Of a stretch of 64,000 nt of DNA, positions 24,561-37,607 are shown in pieces. Positions within the stretch are counted from its first letter, which is position 1. Each line of letters opens with the position of its first letter. The DNA lies in NCBI GenBank assembly GCA_002189035.1, contig NEEC01000004.1, forward strand, positions 3,100,001 to 3,164,000, written 5' to 3'. This DNA is from Utricularia gibba (taxonomy: Eukaryota > Plantae > Magnoliophyta). The position numbers and the translations under genes were made by a program. The notes under the pieces were generated by a model. The model saw only the letters and a program-made list of their open reading frames with translations. It was not told the origin of the DNA and did no database searches.

Positions 24561-25299
24561 TTCATTTTTATTTTTTTAGAAATTTAAAGAGTATTTATAT
24601 TATAATGATAAGATAATCAAGAAACACAAAATGCAACATCTAAATGTTTAAAAAAATAACATATATCAAATTGACCTTCATGTAAACTTTATTTCAATGA
24701 TAATGATGTAACTCCAGTAATAACTGAAAATATATAAAAAAATATTAGTGAATGATTAAGACAAATAAATATTGAATTGTTTTTAAAGACATTAGTTACA
24801 CTAGAATGCCTCTCCTTTTCGTTCAGGTCTCAGTTGCACTTCTGACGTATAGATTAGTCCTAGTGTCACACTAGAATACCTCCTTTGTCTTCTCTTCCAC
24901 TCCAATCACAAAACGCTCTTGAGAGAAAATCTCTCTAAAACAAAAGAATCCTCAGGCCAAACAAAGTCTCTCCAGCAGCTAGGAGTTTCGTTTGTACATC
25001 CCCTCAAATATTCTGAAGAGAAAGAAATTATATGGACCGTAAATCTTTTCCTTTTCTTATTCACACCAGTCTCGCACTCCAGTCGTTGTTAGTTGCGTTC
25101 ATGTGAGCCGAACGTACATGGGTTTAAAAGAACAATAAAACAACCCTTCACTTAGACTAAGGGAAAAATGACCAACTCATGTTTTTACTGAGAATAATTT
25201 GACAATGCACGTTTTGGTATTTTTGCTATTCGAATCACATAATCATAATATTCTAACATTAAAATTGATTGAAATATGTTAAAATATGACTCAACATCA

Positions 25300-26299
25300 C
25301 ACTATCCTACAACGACGAGAGACTCGTGCTCAAATCTTACTGAAGGTGTAACCTAAACAACTGACACAGGTTGAATCCTCAGTGTATTCAAGTACCAAGC
25401 GCAACAATGAGGCACAAAAATAAGGATTTATTAGTAATGGAATGTTGGGTTTCTCGTAGATATCACATGTCAGAAAAGCAGCGGAATTTAAAATTTTTTT
25501 GAGAAACCCCAAATATAGATCTTGGAATACGGTATATAACAAATAAAAGGATGCTGAAAATACCTTTCAGAGGACTCTGTTGTTCACCAACCGCCAATAA
25601 CAGACGGCCTCTATGGTATCCACATGTGAAGCACTCCGTCAATAACCTTATCAAGGCTGTAGAATGCTGGTCGATCTCCTCAGGTGCTAGTAGAGAAAAT
25701 CGTCCCTATGTGGATCAATCTCAGAGAGCACGAAGATGTTGGAAGATCTCTAGATCTAAATCTTTTTTATATATATTTGGTAACATATCATGTCAAATCT
25801 CTATAAAGATCTTATCTCGTGGAGATATGTATATGTTCCAAATCTTATCTATATGAAATCTTTTATTTTGAGTTTAATCAATATTAATCTTAAAATAACT
25901 CTCTATTTAATTTATCCACTTTACCAATTACATCTCATGTAATTGTGTCATTCTATTTCATATCGATGAGTGACTTTACTATTGTGTGTGACCCTATAGG
26001 CCTCTTCAATCAAGTCCGTAATAATGGATTTATTAATTAACTTTTAATTAATCAAATCCATAATTATCGATCATGAGTGATGTCTAGCAATATATCATGA
26101 TCCCCAAGATTAAAGAATAATCAGGTGAACTGATTGACTCTTTCCATGACCAGTCACCATGCAATGAAAAGCTTTCATCATACTTATATCTCATTCGATA
26201 CCAGAACATGGGTGTGTGTCTTTCTAATGTATCGAACTTATAATCGCATTCATGCACTAACATTCAATGACCTACTCAAACAATTCGAGTGTCATTACC
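25300..26299. repeat. Probable LTR fragment of another retroelement (copia-like), interrupted at 26300
   Basis: Non-coding with LTR-like composition and motifs (CAGCGGAA, TGTGTGACCCTATAGG). No termini or PBS identified. Confidence 0.25.
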
Positions 26300-27447
26300 T
26301 GATAAATGAAAAATTATGCAATTTCGTTAAATGAAAATTTCTCCTATCAAATAAATTTATAAACCTAATTCACATTAAGTCATACGAAAAATATGAGCAT
26401 AGTGGACTAGGATCGAACACAAGGAGCTAGGTGCTTGCTATGTGAAGGTCAATGCAAGGAGTCAGTGTCACGTTTGTAAAATTGGTCTTAACTAGGACTA
26501 AGGCAGAACTACATGGAATACCGTACAGAAAAGTAATAAGTTTTTGGAACTCAGTTGTTTCTGGAATGAAATGGGTAATGCCTTGGGACTCTTAGGGGAT
26601 GTATGTCTATCACTAAACAAGCTCACACAAACCATAAATCATACAACTAACACACAAAAATCTAGGCCTACCCAGATTCTTGTTTTCCCCCTAATCATTG
26701 GTCTACCTCTAATTAGGGTTGTTAAGCTGGGTTTCACTACTTCCCCCTCTTGGATCTATTCTGGTTTGTTAAGGAAGTGGCGTGACTTATGGCTGATTAG
26801 GTCTAAAGATTGATTAGCACGTTTTTCTCCCTTTCACTCCAAGGCACCTCCTAAGTCCTTAGCCACTCATGCTAAAGGTAAACCAAAGTGGAAAAGAAAA
26901 CATCACCCACAGTGTGCTCATTTCACAGTCAAATACCAGAAATCAAACAAGTAAGTAATGTGAAATGTCAATAGAAACTAGAAACATCGCTAGCTACTCT
27001 TAGCTAAGAGTAATATTCTTCGAAAACAGGAAATAGTCTTGAAACTTCAGCTTCGTTCCTATTTATCTTCCTCCTTACTCCCTACAAAAACCTTCTCTAT
27101 ATAGCTGTTTGTGACTCTCTAAGTGGGAGATCTGCCTTCTCTTTCCATCTTTCTCCCTTTTTGTCCAAAATCTCACTTTTCATCTCCTTGGATTTTGTGT
27201 ATACTCTTTTTCAGACTTCCGCCACCTTCTCTGCCACTACACTGTTCATATTCGGCTTCTTGGGATTTGTGTTGCGACCTATGCTGCATTGCTTGAAGGA
27301 AACTATTAGAAGGTTGGGACTAAATCTGTGATTTAGTCCCAACTAAGACTAAAATAACATTACTACGACACTAGGCAAAAATATGGAACTAGGTAATAAA
27401 ACATAATTTTTGTAGCACAATATGAGTAATTTTCATGTATTCAATCA
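26300..27447 (-). repeat. Full-length family-A LTR (1148 bp, TGAT...ATCA)
   Basis: Reverse-complement homolog of 50469-51429 and 1-421, more diverged than those two are from each other. Confidence 0.88.
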
Positions 27448-30400
27448 CTCAAAAATATGTGTTATTATTACCCTAGGCCCGGGACTTACTGTTAGGCTTT
27501 GATGCAATTACTTGAGATATGACCTCATCGCTAACATGAGTGATGAATTCTTTATTAATCAATCAATTATCTCCAACCTTAAGGAGTCACATCCCTACTC
27601 ATCCATACTAGGCAAGCCATGGTTAGGCTCCCATAAGTAATGAGCAAAAATGTGAGCTTAAGATCAAGATAACTTTGTTGACCTCAAGTCTAAGCTTACT
27701 TGCACGGCTGTCATATTCGAGATCTTGCTACTGGTACTTGGTTAGCTTCCCATAGTAGCATCTTGAAGATAAGTCATCCAGTGAATCGATTCTCTAATCA
27801 ACACCCACACATAGGTTCTAGTAATCTCATTACATCAATTGTGAGAACCATTGCCTAAACAGCTTAGGGAACTCAATGTGTGTCAGCTTATCCGTATTTA
27901 TAATATCCTCATTTCACAAATACTCTAGCCAGGGAGTTTTTTAACTTGAGCATAAGTGCTTGAAGAATCTCACATTATGATCTCATCATAATTTCTATAG
28001 CACATAGATCAAATAGAGGATTTTATCAATGATATAAATTTGATCACAATTCAAAGTAAATATCAAAAGATAAGATTTGTCAATGAGTTGATTGTCTCTA
28101 CAACACATACACTAACATGGAATACAAGGTCATCGCTCTTGCAAGACTTGAGGTAATGACCTTAGTATGCAAAATCCATCTACTCACATTTTGGCTCTCT
28201 TAGCATCTACTCGTAGACTAGACTCGGATCACTCTTTTATCCAACTTACAGTCTAATAGTAGAGACTTACCATTTTTTTTTAAACATGCTAGGGATCTCC
28301 AAACGAGGACTATTGCTTTTCCTTATGACTCCCCTCCTTATATCTCCTCACCTTATTTCTCCAAACAACTAATCCCTTGCTTGGAGTTTCCCTCTCTTCT
28401 CTCTCTTTTTTTTTCTCACCTTTTTACAGCACGGGTTATTTTTATGTGCCAGCCTTTTTGCCTCTCTAATTTTCTCACTTTTGACTGACACCTAAGTGCA
28501 AGATTCCCTAGGTCTAGCCCTCGAGTCGTTCTAGTGACCTAACGAAAGTAGATGGACCACGCACACCAGAGGTCAAACTCAAGACTACCACTCTTACTTT
28601 TTTAGAAAGAAAATAGAGAGTAAAGATGAAAATTCATCTAGACCTCACATATGACTAATGTGTGCTCACTGTCTTATTAGACACTAGAATACTCTAGAGT
28701 GTTCAACCAAACCTATGACATACTCATACACAATTACGTAGAAATAAGCAAAACATCCTAACAAGTTCTCAAGGTGAAGCAAATACAAATAAAGTGCCCA
28801 AAAATCTTGACCAATTGATAAATTCAGGGGTTGTGTTTGGTTACCTCCTCGGGTCGCTCTTGACTCAAACTTACAATATGCTTTTCCAACTTCACAGCTG
28901 CTTCAACTTCCTTCTTCATGTGATGCGAGTAGGAGTCCCATTTCTTTCGTGTCAAAAAAACTCACATTCCATCCTCATATGACTTTGAATCAGCATGCAA
29001 TGCTCTTGATAAAATAATTTTGGAGAAAATAGAATAAATCTGGGTGACACCCAACAATGCCCATTTTCTTCTTGGTCTTGGGCAAGACCTCTGTAATAAG
29101 CTAAACAGTTTCGACCATGGGAGAGAAATCCTCTCCCTTTCTTCCCTGTGCATCATTTAGACCTATTTCAAAATAAAGCTTCAACCTGTGACCATTCACG
29201 GTAAAGGAGTTAGCATCAGGATTTTTATCAAATAATTCAACTGAACCATTACTATTCATAGATTTCACCAAAAATGGCCCTTCATATTTTGACTTCAACT
29301 TCCCTGGATAGAGTTTGAACCCAGATTGGTACAACAATACCTTTTGACCTAGTTCAAATCCTTTCTTCTGAATTCTGTGGTCATGGTAAGATTTAGTTTG
29401 TTCCTTGAAATTTTAAGAATTATTGTAAGCATTCTGTCTTAACTCCTCCAACTCTTGCAACTGAAATTTCCTCGCCTTGCTATTTTCCTTTGCATCATCA
29501 CTTAAAAATTGGATTGCTCATCTAGTCTTGTTCTCCAACTCGACTGGTAGATGACTGTTCTTATAAATCACCTTAAAAGTGGTTGTACCAATCAAAGTTT
29601 CGTAAGAAGTTCGAATTGCTCATAGTGCATCATCCAACTTCTGACTCTAATCTTTTCTAGACATATTGATAGTCTTCTCCAACACTTGCTTAATCTTACG
29701 ATTGGATACCTTGGCTTGCCTCATTAGTTTGAGGGTGATAAGCATTTGAAGAGTTATGCCACACTCCATACTTCTTGATCAATTTTTCCAGAGCCTTGTT
29801 GAAGAAATGTGACCCTCTGTCGCTAATGAGAACTTTCAGAACACCAAATCGAGCGAATATGTTCTTCTTTAGGAAATCCATCACAACTTTTGTGTCTTGC
29901 ATACAAGTTGGAATTGCCTCTACCCACCTAGAAAGATAGTCTACACATACCAAAATATATTCGTATCCACCCAAATTAGGAAAAGAATCCATAAAATCAA
30001 TTCCCCACACATAAATACTTCGGTTACAAAAATAGCTTGCAAGGGCATTTCATTTCTTTTGGTAATGTTACCTGTTTGTTTACATACATCATAAGCCCTG
30101 CAAAAATGAAAACAATCGCGAAAAATCGATGACCAATAATACCCACAATCAAGTACCTTCTTTGTTGTTCTGCTGGGTCCATGATGACCTTCTCATGGTG
30201 ATGAGCGGGAGAATTCAATCACTTGGTTAATCTCACCGTCGGGTAAGCATGCATACCAATCCATCACTACAATACTTTTACAAATACGAGTCATCCATGT
30301 GTAGTACTTGATGTCGCTCTTCAACTTCAGTTTCTCATGGCTCTTCAAAGTTTCATTCATCTTCCTTGTAGAAGGAAAGTTAGCTAAATCTGCATACCAG

Positions 30401-30472
30401 GGTTCCTTGATCTTAGCTGAGAGTGAGATCGTGCTGATTAATTCATCAAGAAAAGTATCAGCTATCTCCTCT
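26300..30472 (-). mobile_element. Athila-like element, 3' half: integrase remnant, 3' region, 3' LTR
   Basis: Minus strand: IN zinc finger GHHGPSRTTKKVLDCGYYW, core WGIDFMDSFP...VDYLSRWVEAIP...SDRGSHF, tail GKLKSKYEGPF...FTVNGHRLKLY. Cut at 30472 by a plus-strand LTR. Confidence 0.88.
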
Positions 30473-33400
30473 TGTTAAGTGTCATTTTCTAAGTATTTAT
30501 TATATATTATTATGTGTGAATCAGGTATTAAGTTTCCCAAATTAGGAATTATATTGGATAGTATTTGATTTTATTAGAAAAATCCTATTTTTTTATTTTA
30601 ATACATTTTTGTTGTCTTTTTTGTGCACTTTGATCAAAATTTTTCAGTAGGCAGACTTGGAGTGTTGTAGAAGATTTGTAGGAGATCAAACACTAACATT
30701 TTGTGACGTTTACGCAAATTGGATTTATTGTAGGCAAAAGACTAATACTAGTTAGGGCCCTTGACTTACAACATGTTAGGGTCTGTAGCAATGATTGGGT
30801 TTTTACTTACACACATGAAAAAGCTAGTGGCACACCTAAGATAGAAAGAATGATGGGAAGGGAGTAGTGGAAGTTAATGCACGTGGGAGTGACTTGAAAG
30901 AAACTTGGAACAATTTGGGTACATCTTTTTCGGACCTTTTTCTCGCACTTTGTTTTCGCACTTGAACTTGCGTTCTTCCTCTTCACCATGAGATGAAGAA
31001 CACTTTAGCTTTCTATTTCATTTTCTATTTTTATGGCCATTTATGGCTAAACCCTTTTAGTTTTTGGGAATAGATGAAGTTTCCCTCTACGTCTTGAGCA
31101 TAAATCTCGACTCTTTATTGCATTTCTTCCGAATTTCACATATTTCCATTCATCTTTTTACAGTATTTCTGTAACGTCTCATAGTCATGATCCATAAGTA
31201 GTAGGCCACTCCACACGGATTTTGATGAAGAGCAAGGTGAAGAGTACCATCTCCAACCCTATTGGTTCGAATGAGATAGCGAACTGTTTGTGACTGAGGT
31301 ACCACAATAGTGGATGGGTAGTGACCTTGTACCCATCACTGGTCATTGGCAACAGCTGGGTACACTTGCAGAATTCGGATTTGAGGGCAATTGACGACAA
31401 TCCTCTTGTTCTCTCAATCATCCAAGGAGGAATCACATTACACTATTTTCGTGTCTCTTTGTCAATCAGAGTGTAAGGGAGAGTAGGCTATTCTTTGCTC
31501 CCATAACCAGTTATTCAGAAAAAATCAGTGAAAGCCGAGGTGAGCATAGACAAATGGAGGAAATGGAATCTCATTCCTAGGAACTTCTTCCTTTGGTTAA
31601 GGTCCATTACTTATGTTGTATCTTTTATTTTTGTATTTCAAAAACCCCTTTTACAAACCTGAGACAATTTGTAAAAGTTTTGTGCAAAACACTGTTCGCA
31701 AAACTCAACTCCTTAAGATCAATACTCGTACTATGCTTTGTTTTATTTGACGTTTTTCTAAATTAAAATTTGTTGAGTAAACGACATGCAACAAACTTTT
31801 GGCATCGTTGCCGAGGAGTAGTTACAACTACGGAAACTACCAGATGCTGAGAAGAGACCACCCTAGTTTCTGCTGAAGACAACCAATGCCTCCTGGTCAA
31901 GCACCATCACTAGGGACCCCTTCTGATGTTCCTTAGAAAACTCATTGCTCCACCTCAACCTTTATAGATCACTGGAGTTCAGGAGTTCACTGATCAACCT
32001 TTTGTCCCTTATCAATCGAATCATAATTTGGAGTCCATGGTGAAGTCTCTTGCTGAAAGCACCACCAAAATGCAGAAGATGACCCAGTTTTGTTATTTAA
32101 CTCTCGTTTTCGTTTATTCCAGGAAAGCTCAAGTCCAGATGGCGTGGACCATACACCATCAAGAAAATCTACCCTAGTGGAGCAGTCCTCATCACTCATC
32201 CTGACCATGGAGAATTTACGGTTAATATTCAAAGATTGAAACGGTTTCATGAAGGGTAAAATCTTCCATGGACACATTGCATGTTCCAGTGGACCTCTCT
32301 AGCCACCCCTCACCTTGATGAGAAAGCACCTATGGTTTACTTGTTGCCATTACAAAAACAAATGATTTCCCTTTTAGTTATTTTATTTTTGATTTTCTCT
32401 TGCATTGTTTTTCTTTTCTTCTTTCTCTTCAATAAGCACAGGTGCAATTGATACTTTTGAGGAAAAAATTCCATACTATTGGATACATCAGAGCACCTGA
32501 TGAAAGGAAAGTGTTTCTGCCTATCTTGAGGACAAGATGTCATTTAAGTGTGTGTGGGGGGGGGGGGATAGTTTACTTTTTAAGATTGTTTTTTTTATAC
32601 CTTTAAAAAAAAAATCGAAATTTGGCATATATTTCATTGATCAACTCCTTGCATTTTATGTTTTGTTGGAACCTAGGCATTTGTTTTTGATATTATTTTT
32701 TCGAGATAGGCTATAAATTAGAATTTTGGTATGCCTGTTGCTATGTTGTTTCTTGGCATGTTGTTTACTTTCCGTTCCTTGCGCAAGCTACATAGCCCTA
32801 GTTTCTTGGTGAGGAGACCATTTTCTTTTCATTGTGAGTGACTTGAATGCAGAATGATCATAGACTTGTTCATGTGCATACTGCTGAGTTATTCTACAAG
32901 TCTTGTGCAAAAGGATTGAGCCATTAGGAATTGTCTTGTTTTATCCCAATATCCCACCTTGAATCCACTTAGTGAGCCCCGCTTGGCCAGAAACCTTTTA
33001 TTTGGATCACCACATTAGAAGCCAAATCCCTTTTGACAATTATAGCCTACATCAATTTCTCTTGACCCAAGGAATGAGCATTTAGAAAATAGTTATGTTC
33101 GTTTGCTTACGCAAGTTGCAGAACCAGGAGCTCTATTACAAAGAAGAAAAGTTGAAAGCAATTTTCAATTCACTGATCAAGCTCTATCTCAACAATTTAT
33201 GGAAGGATTTTCAATTACATCCTGTCCAAGAGAGAGTTGATTTTGAAAAAAAAAAGAGAGAAGAAAAAGAAAAGAAGAAGATGAGAAGAAGAGAAAAAAA
33301 GAGGCTGAAAGGTTGGAACAAGCCACAAAACTGAAAGAAGAGTTTCTTGGAGTACGAAAATCGAAGGACAAGCATGGCAGAACTGTCCCCATAAAATCGA

Positions 33401-34984
33401 AGGACAAGCAAACTGAAAGATGCTCACTCCTTATTACCCATGAAATGGAGCCTCCAGCCGAATATCCCACCTGTCCCAAGCTCCTGCCGCGCTACAACCC
33501 GAGAAAAAGACCTCATGATTGCGCAAGCTTGCTGAAACCAGCAAATCACTTGCGCAAGCTTACTGACTCGCCTACATTCAGGTATTCAGTGAACCTTTTC
33601 ATTTTACACTCCTCTCATGGATTTCTCTTCTTGAGTGTATTGAGTGACACCTGTGAGGAGTAGCTACGTGCAAGGGGAGTTAGTGTATGGTATGCCATGG
33701 AATAACTTATGCATATTGTTGCCTTAACTCCATTTGCAAACTACTATTTTGAAGGAAAATGCCTTGAACAATTGCTTGAGGACAAGCAAACATTTAAGTG
33801 TGGGGGAGTTGATAAGTGTGTCACTTATATTTGTACTTTTTAGGACTCACTTAGATGGGTTTTGCATTCTTTTTATCTCACTTTTCTTATGTTTCTAGAA
33901 GAATTTTATATCTTTCATACCACATTGATCTTTTTGGAGGGAAAGTGTGTTTTGTGATTTTTCAGGACGAATTTAGAATAATTTGGAGGATTTTGATGGA
34001 GGCTAAGATTTGGTCTATCCGAATGAAGACTCGATCAAAGATTCTAGGATAAGATAAGATTCACATCTTATCTTTGAAAACTTGGATCTCATCCTAGAAG
34101 ATTTGTATCAAATCTTAGAAGATTCGGATAGAAGATTTGATGTGAGCCCATCAAGAAAGCCCAAACAAACCCCACCATTATATAAAGATCCAAAGACGAA
34201 GACCTAGAAGAGAGTCAAGGGTGGACGGCCAGAGAGTCAATTTAGGGTTTAGAGTCAAGTCTAGCATGTTTTGGATTCCTTTCCCTTCGTTTTTCATCAA
34301 CTTTTGTTGTTTAGAGTCCAGCATGCGCGTGTGAGCGTTTGCAACTGAGGATCTGCTGTGAAGCCTTGCTTGCACAAGTTCTGTGCATATGACTGTCTTA
34401 CTATGTTTTACAGCATTTAATTTGAGGTTTGATTTTGTTTTTCCCAACGTTTTCTTTACCAACGTGATCTTTACTACCATATAGCCCTATGGGAGTGTGG
34501 GAGAATCAAAGGTTGGCCTCAAGCACCTAAGGAGAAGGGCTCAATCAGACATCGTTGGTAAGACACATTCTGTCTAATCTGTCTGCGAGGTGTGAGGTGT
34601 AGGGGTTAGATGTAGGTGTGGGGAAAACATGGGTTATCACAAGGGGTGAAATGGGTCTGGTGGCGTTGTTGATTCCATAATCCCACAAAACAAGGGACGG
34701 TGCTATAACGGTCACCGAGTAACACTATTTTAGCATAACACCCCCAAAGCTTGCGCAAGCAGGTCAGTCCTCAAGGTTTGCACACACGCAAGGGCGAGTT
34801 TCATGTAAGGTGGATCTTAGATACAAGGCCACTTTTCTTATTATTTTCAAAAACCAAATCTTTCTTTTGCTCTCAATCTTTTTTAGTCTTTGTTTTCAAA
34901 AGAATATTCCAATAACAATTCCCTTTGGATACGATCTTATTTTATTACTTCGACGGTTTCTGTTGACTTGTAGAATCACCATCA
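30473..34984 (+). mobile_element. Composite deleted Athila-like element(s): family-E 5' LTR, PBS, IN tail, 3' region, family-B 3' LTR
   Basis: LTR TGTT...AACA at 30473-31793. PBS TGGCATCGTTGCCGAGGA at 31800. IN tail KLKSRWRGPYTIKKIYPSGAV...FTVNIQRLKRF at about 32125-32255. PPT motif ends at 33809. Confidence 0.8.
33810..34984 (+). repeat. Athila-like 3' LTR (family B)
   Basis: TGATAAG...CCATCA, following TTGCTTGAGGACAAGCAAACATTTAAGTGTGGGGGAG. Confidence 0.88.
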
Positions 34985-35925
34985 AATAAAAATTTTTTGA
35001 CGTTGCTTTTCTGAGTTTGGAAATGTCTGAGAAACTATTGATTATGTTTGTTATTTATGCCTCATTACTAGAGTTAAACCTCTGCCTGAGCATTCAAAAT
35101 ATTTATTTCTTGGCAACAATGAAACTTTACCTATTATTATTTGCAGTACACCAACCCTGGAATAGGAGGAAAAACCAAGGAGTGTGCTTCAGAAGGACAA
35201 AGAAGCAATTGGATGGACATTGACAGATATAAAAGGAATAAGCACCTCCATATGCACTCATCGCATTTATTTAGACAAGAGAACAAAGGAGATTGAACCA
35301 TCCTATGATAGAAGTGGTTAAGAAGGAGATTTTGAAGTTGTTGATTGTAGGTATAATCTATCCTATTTCTGATAGTGAATGGGTTAGCCTTGTGCAGGTT
35401 GTCCCGAAGAAAACAGGGGTCATAGTCATGGCCAATGACCAATAGGAATTCCTACCCACCAGAGTGCAAATAGTTGGTGAATGGGTAGATTATCGAAGGT
35501 TGAATGCAACCATCAAGAAGGATCACTACCCACTTTCATTCATTGACCATAGGTTGGAGAGACTTGCTAGAAGGAGCCACTACTCCTACTTGGATGGTTA
35601 CTCCAGTTTCCATCAAATACCCGTCAACCTTGAAGATCAATCAAAGATTGTTTTTGTTTGCTCTTTTGGTACTTTTTACCATAAATACCTTTTGGACTTT
35701 ACAATGCATCAGCAACATTTCAAAGATGACAAGTTAGCATTTTTTCTTAATATGTAGAGAATATTATTGAGGTTTTTATGGATAAATTTACGATTTATGT
35801 AAATAGTTTAGATGAATGCTTTGCTAATTTTTCATTGATTTTGAAGCGTTGTGTTGAGACTAACCTTGTTTTGAATAATGCGAAATGTCACTTCATGGTA
35901 GAACAAGATATCACTGTAGGATATG
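34985..35925 (+). pseudogene. Athila-like pol fragment (PR-RT linker and RT)
   Basis: Motifs ELxPLPEHSKYLFLG, IGWTLTDIKGIS, EVVKKEILKLL...SEWVS..QVVPKK, DYRRLN, DHYPL, LDGYSSFHQI, KCHFMV. Frameshifted. Confidence 0.82.
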
Positions 35926-36603
35926 TGATGCAAGTGGGTTAGTCCAGGAACCACTTGTTGGGCCTATAAACAACGAGGGCCCATGAAGCATGTGAAATAC
36001 AACATGATGGGGTACAAATCGGGTATAATCAGCCAATCTCTGAAAAGCTGCCAAAAGGGACTATGAGGGGATAATGCTAGCCGACAGTCCGATATCTGTC
36101 AGAAATCTGACAGATATGGCCGTCTGATACAGCCTGAAAAGCGGTCGAATTGTGGGAGAACAGGCGGCCGATATCTGAAAAGCGAGATCGCACCGCAGCT
36201 GTAAAAGTAGCCGACACCCGCAAAAGTGGGGATTCGGCCAAATCGATCTCTTCTATAAATAGGAGGAATTATAACGAAAGGTAGGTTGGACCTTAAGAAC
36301 TCTGGGGCTTGTATCATCTCCTTGATCACCCTCACCTAGTAAATATTTTTCTCCGGCGAGCTCTGACAGTTCCGTGGTTTTTCTGCCTCACGGTGGTTTC
36401 CACGTAAAAAATCCCCATCTATCTCTACCACGTCCGACTAAACCAACAAGACGGTAAACAAGGAAAATGACACCACCAACAACACGAAAATCGGCCCAAA
36501 CCGGCACACCGATTTTCGCCCTCAACATCTTTGGCGCCCACCATCGGGCAGATCTATCGCCCCACTCGAGAAATCCACATAAATCATTCACCAAACACCG
36601 ATC

Positions 36604-37607
36604 ATGACGGAAAATAGCACATCCATCAACACGGTCCATGAAGGAAGTGCCGGCATACAAGACCCCGGTCTTATGATAACCAGCAGGGAACAACAGAAGG
36701 CCCTTCAAACGGAAATCCTCTTCGATTTTAGGGCACCTTTAGGGTTGAAATCCAACGCCCAGGAAGAGACACCTGAGACTGCACACAAGTGGAAAAACCA
36801 CCCATTATCCTGGAATACCTTTAGGACACTAAGACCGAATCCGAAACCGAGGAGGAGATACTGCGAAGAAAGAGACGCAACCAGGTCATCTATGAGCCCG
36901 GGACGGATAGGGAAAGGGGGGCTGACGAAATCTTGGGAAAAAGAGAAGAAGAGTTGAAGAGGGAAGTAGACCAAATTCACGAGAGAAGAAAACATATCGG
37001 TAGGTAGACGTTGCCAAGGGGAAGAGAGAATTGGGGCTTCAGGGATGCTTTCGATCAAAATGTATGCATGGGGAGAAGGGATATTCTGTCCGATATTGAC
37101 CTAGCCCTGAAAAGCGGGTTTGAAAAAGCGGCGGGAACCCCTGCGCTGCATTTTGACCCTTTCTCGGATGACTTAATCGGCGAAGAACCCGAGAGGGGAT
37201 TCAGGGTCCCTGACGGACTAACTACATATGATGGAAAAAGGGACCCCTTATCTCACGTAACCGACTTTGATATGAGGATGGCCACGGTCCGGCATTCGGA
37301 AGCCATGAAGTGTAAGCTGTTCGCCTGCTCGCTCCAAAAGGGAGCGAAGACTTGGTTCAAATAGATAGAACCGTGCAGCGTTGGATCTTACCGGGAGTTG
37401 ATATTACTCTTCACCACCCGATATGCTGTCAACATCGAAGCCCCGCCTTCAAAGGCAGCCTTATATTCTATTTGATACAATCACAGGAAGGAGAGCTTAC
37501 AAAGATTCATCGATCGATTCAACTGCCTGGCACAAGATGTCCAACTGGATTTAAAAGAAAGGGTGGAAATAATGAAGCGGGCATTAGGAACATCGAAACT
37601 GGGAAAG
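36604..37607 (+). pseudogene. Retand gag, frameshifted and truncated by an LTR insertion
   Basis: ORFs at 36604, 37011 and 37352. Retrotransposon gag motif TTYDGKRDP...SEAMKCKLFACSLQKGAKTWF. Confidence 0.8.

Noticed and set aside
32548-32560. Poly-G run (and poly-C near 43868) as a G-quadruplex signal
   Set aside because: These are single homopolymer runs. The G-run is part of the usual post-integrase GTGTGGGGG motif of Athila elements.
33095-33663. K/E-rich and neighbouring ORFs
   Set aside because: They come from a purine low-complexity tract in the Athila 3' non-coding region. The homologous stretch at 12.3-12.9 kb does not keep them open.
33810-35010. Idea that this LTR is shared by two tandem elements (PPT before, PBS after)
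   Set aside because: The downstream sequence translates almost immediately as the PR-RT linker (ELxPLPEH..., IGWTLTDIKGIS). The LTR is therefore a 3' LTR inserted into an older pol, and the PBS-like TTGACGTTGC is weak.
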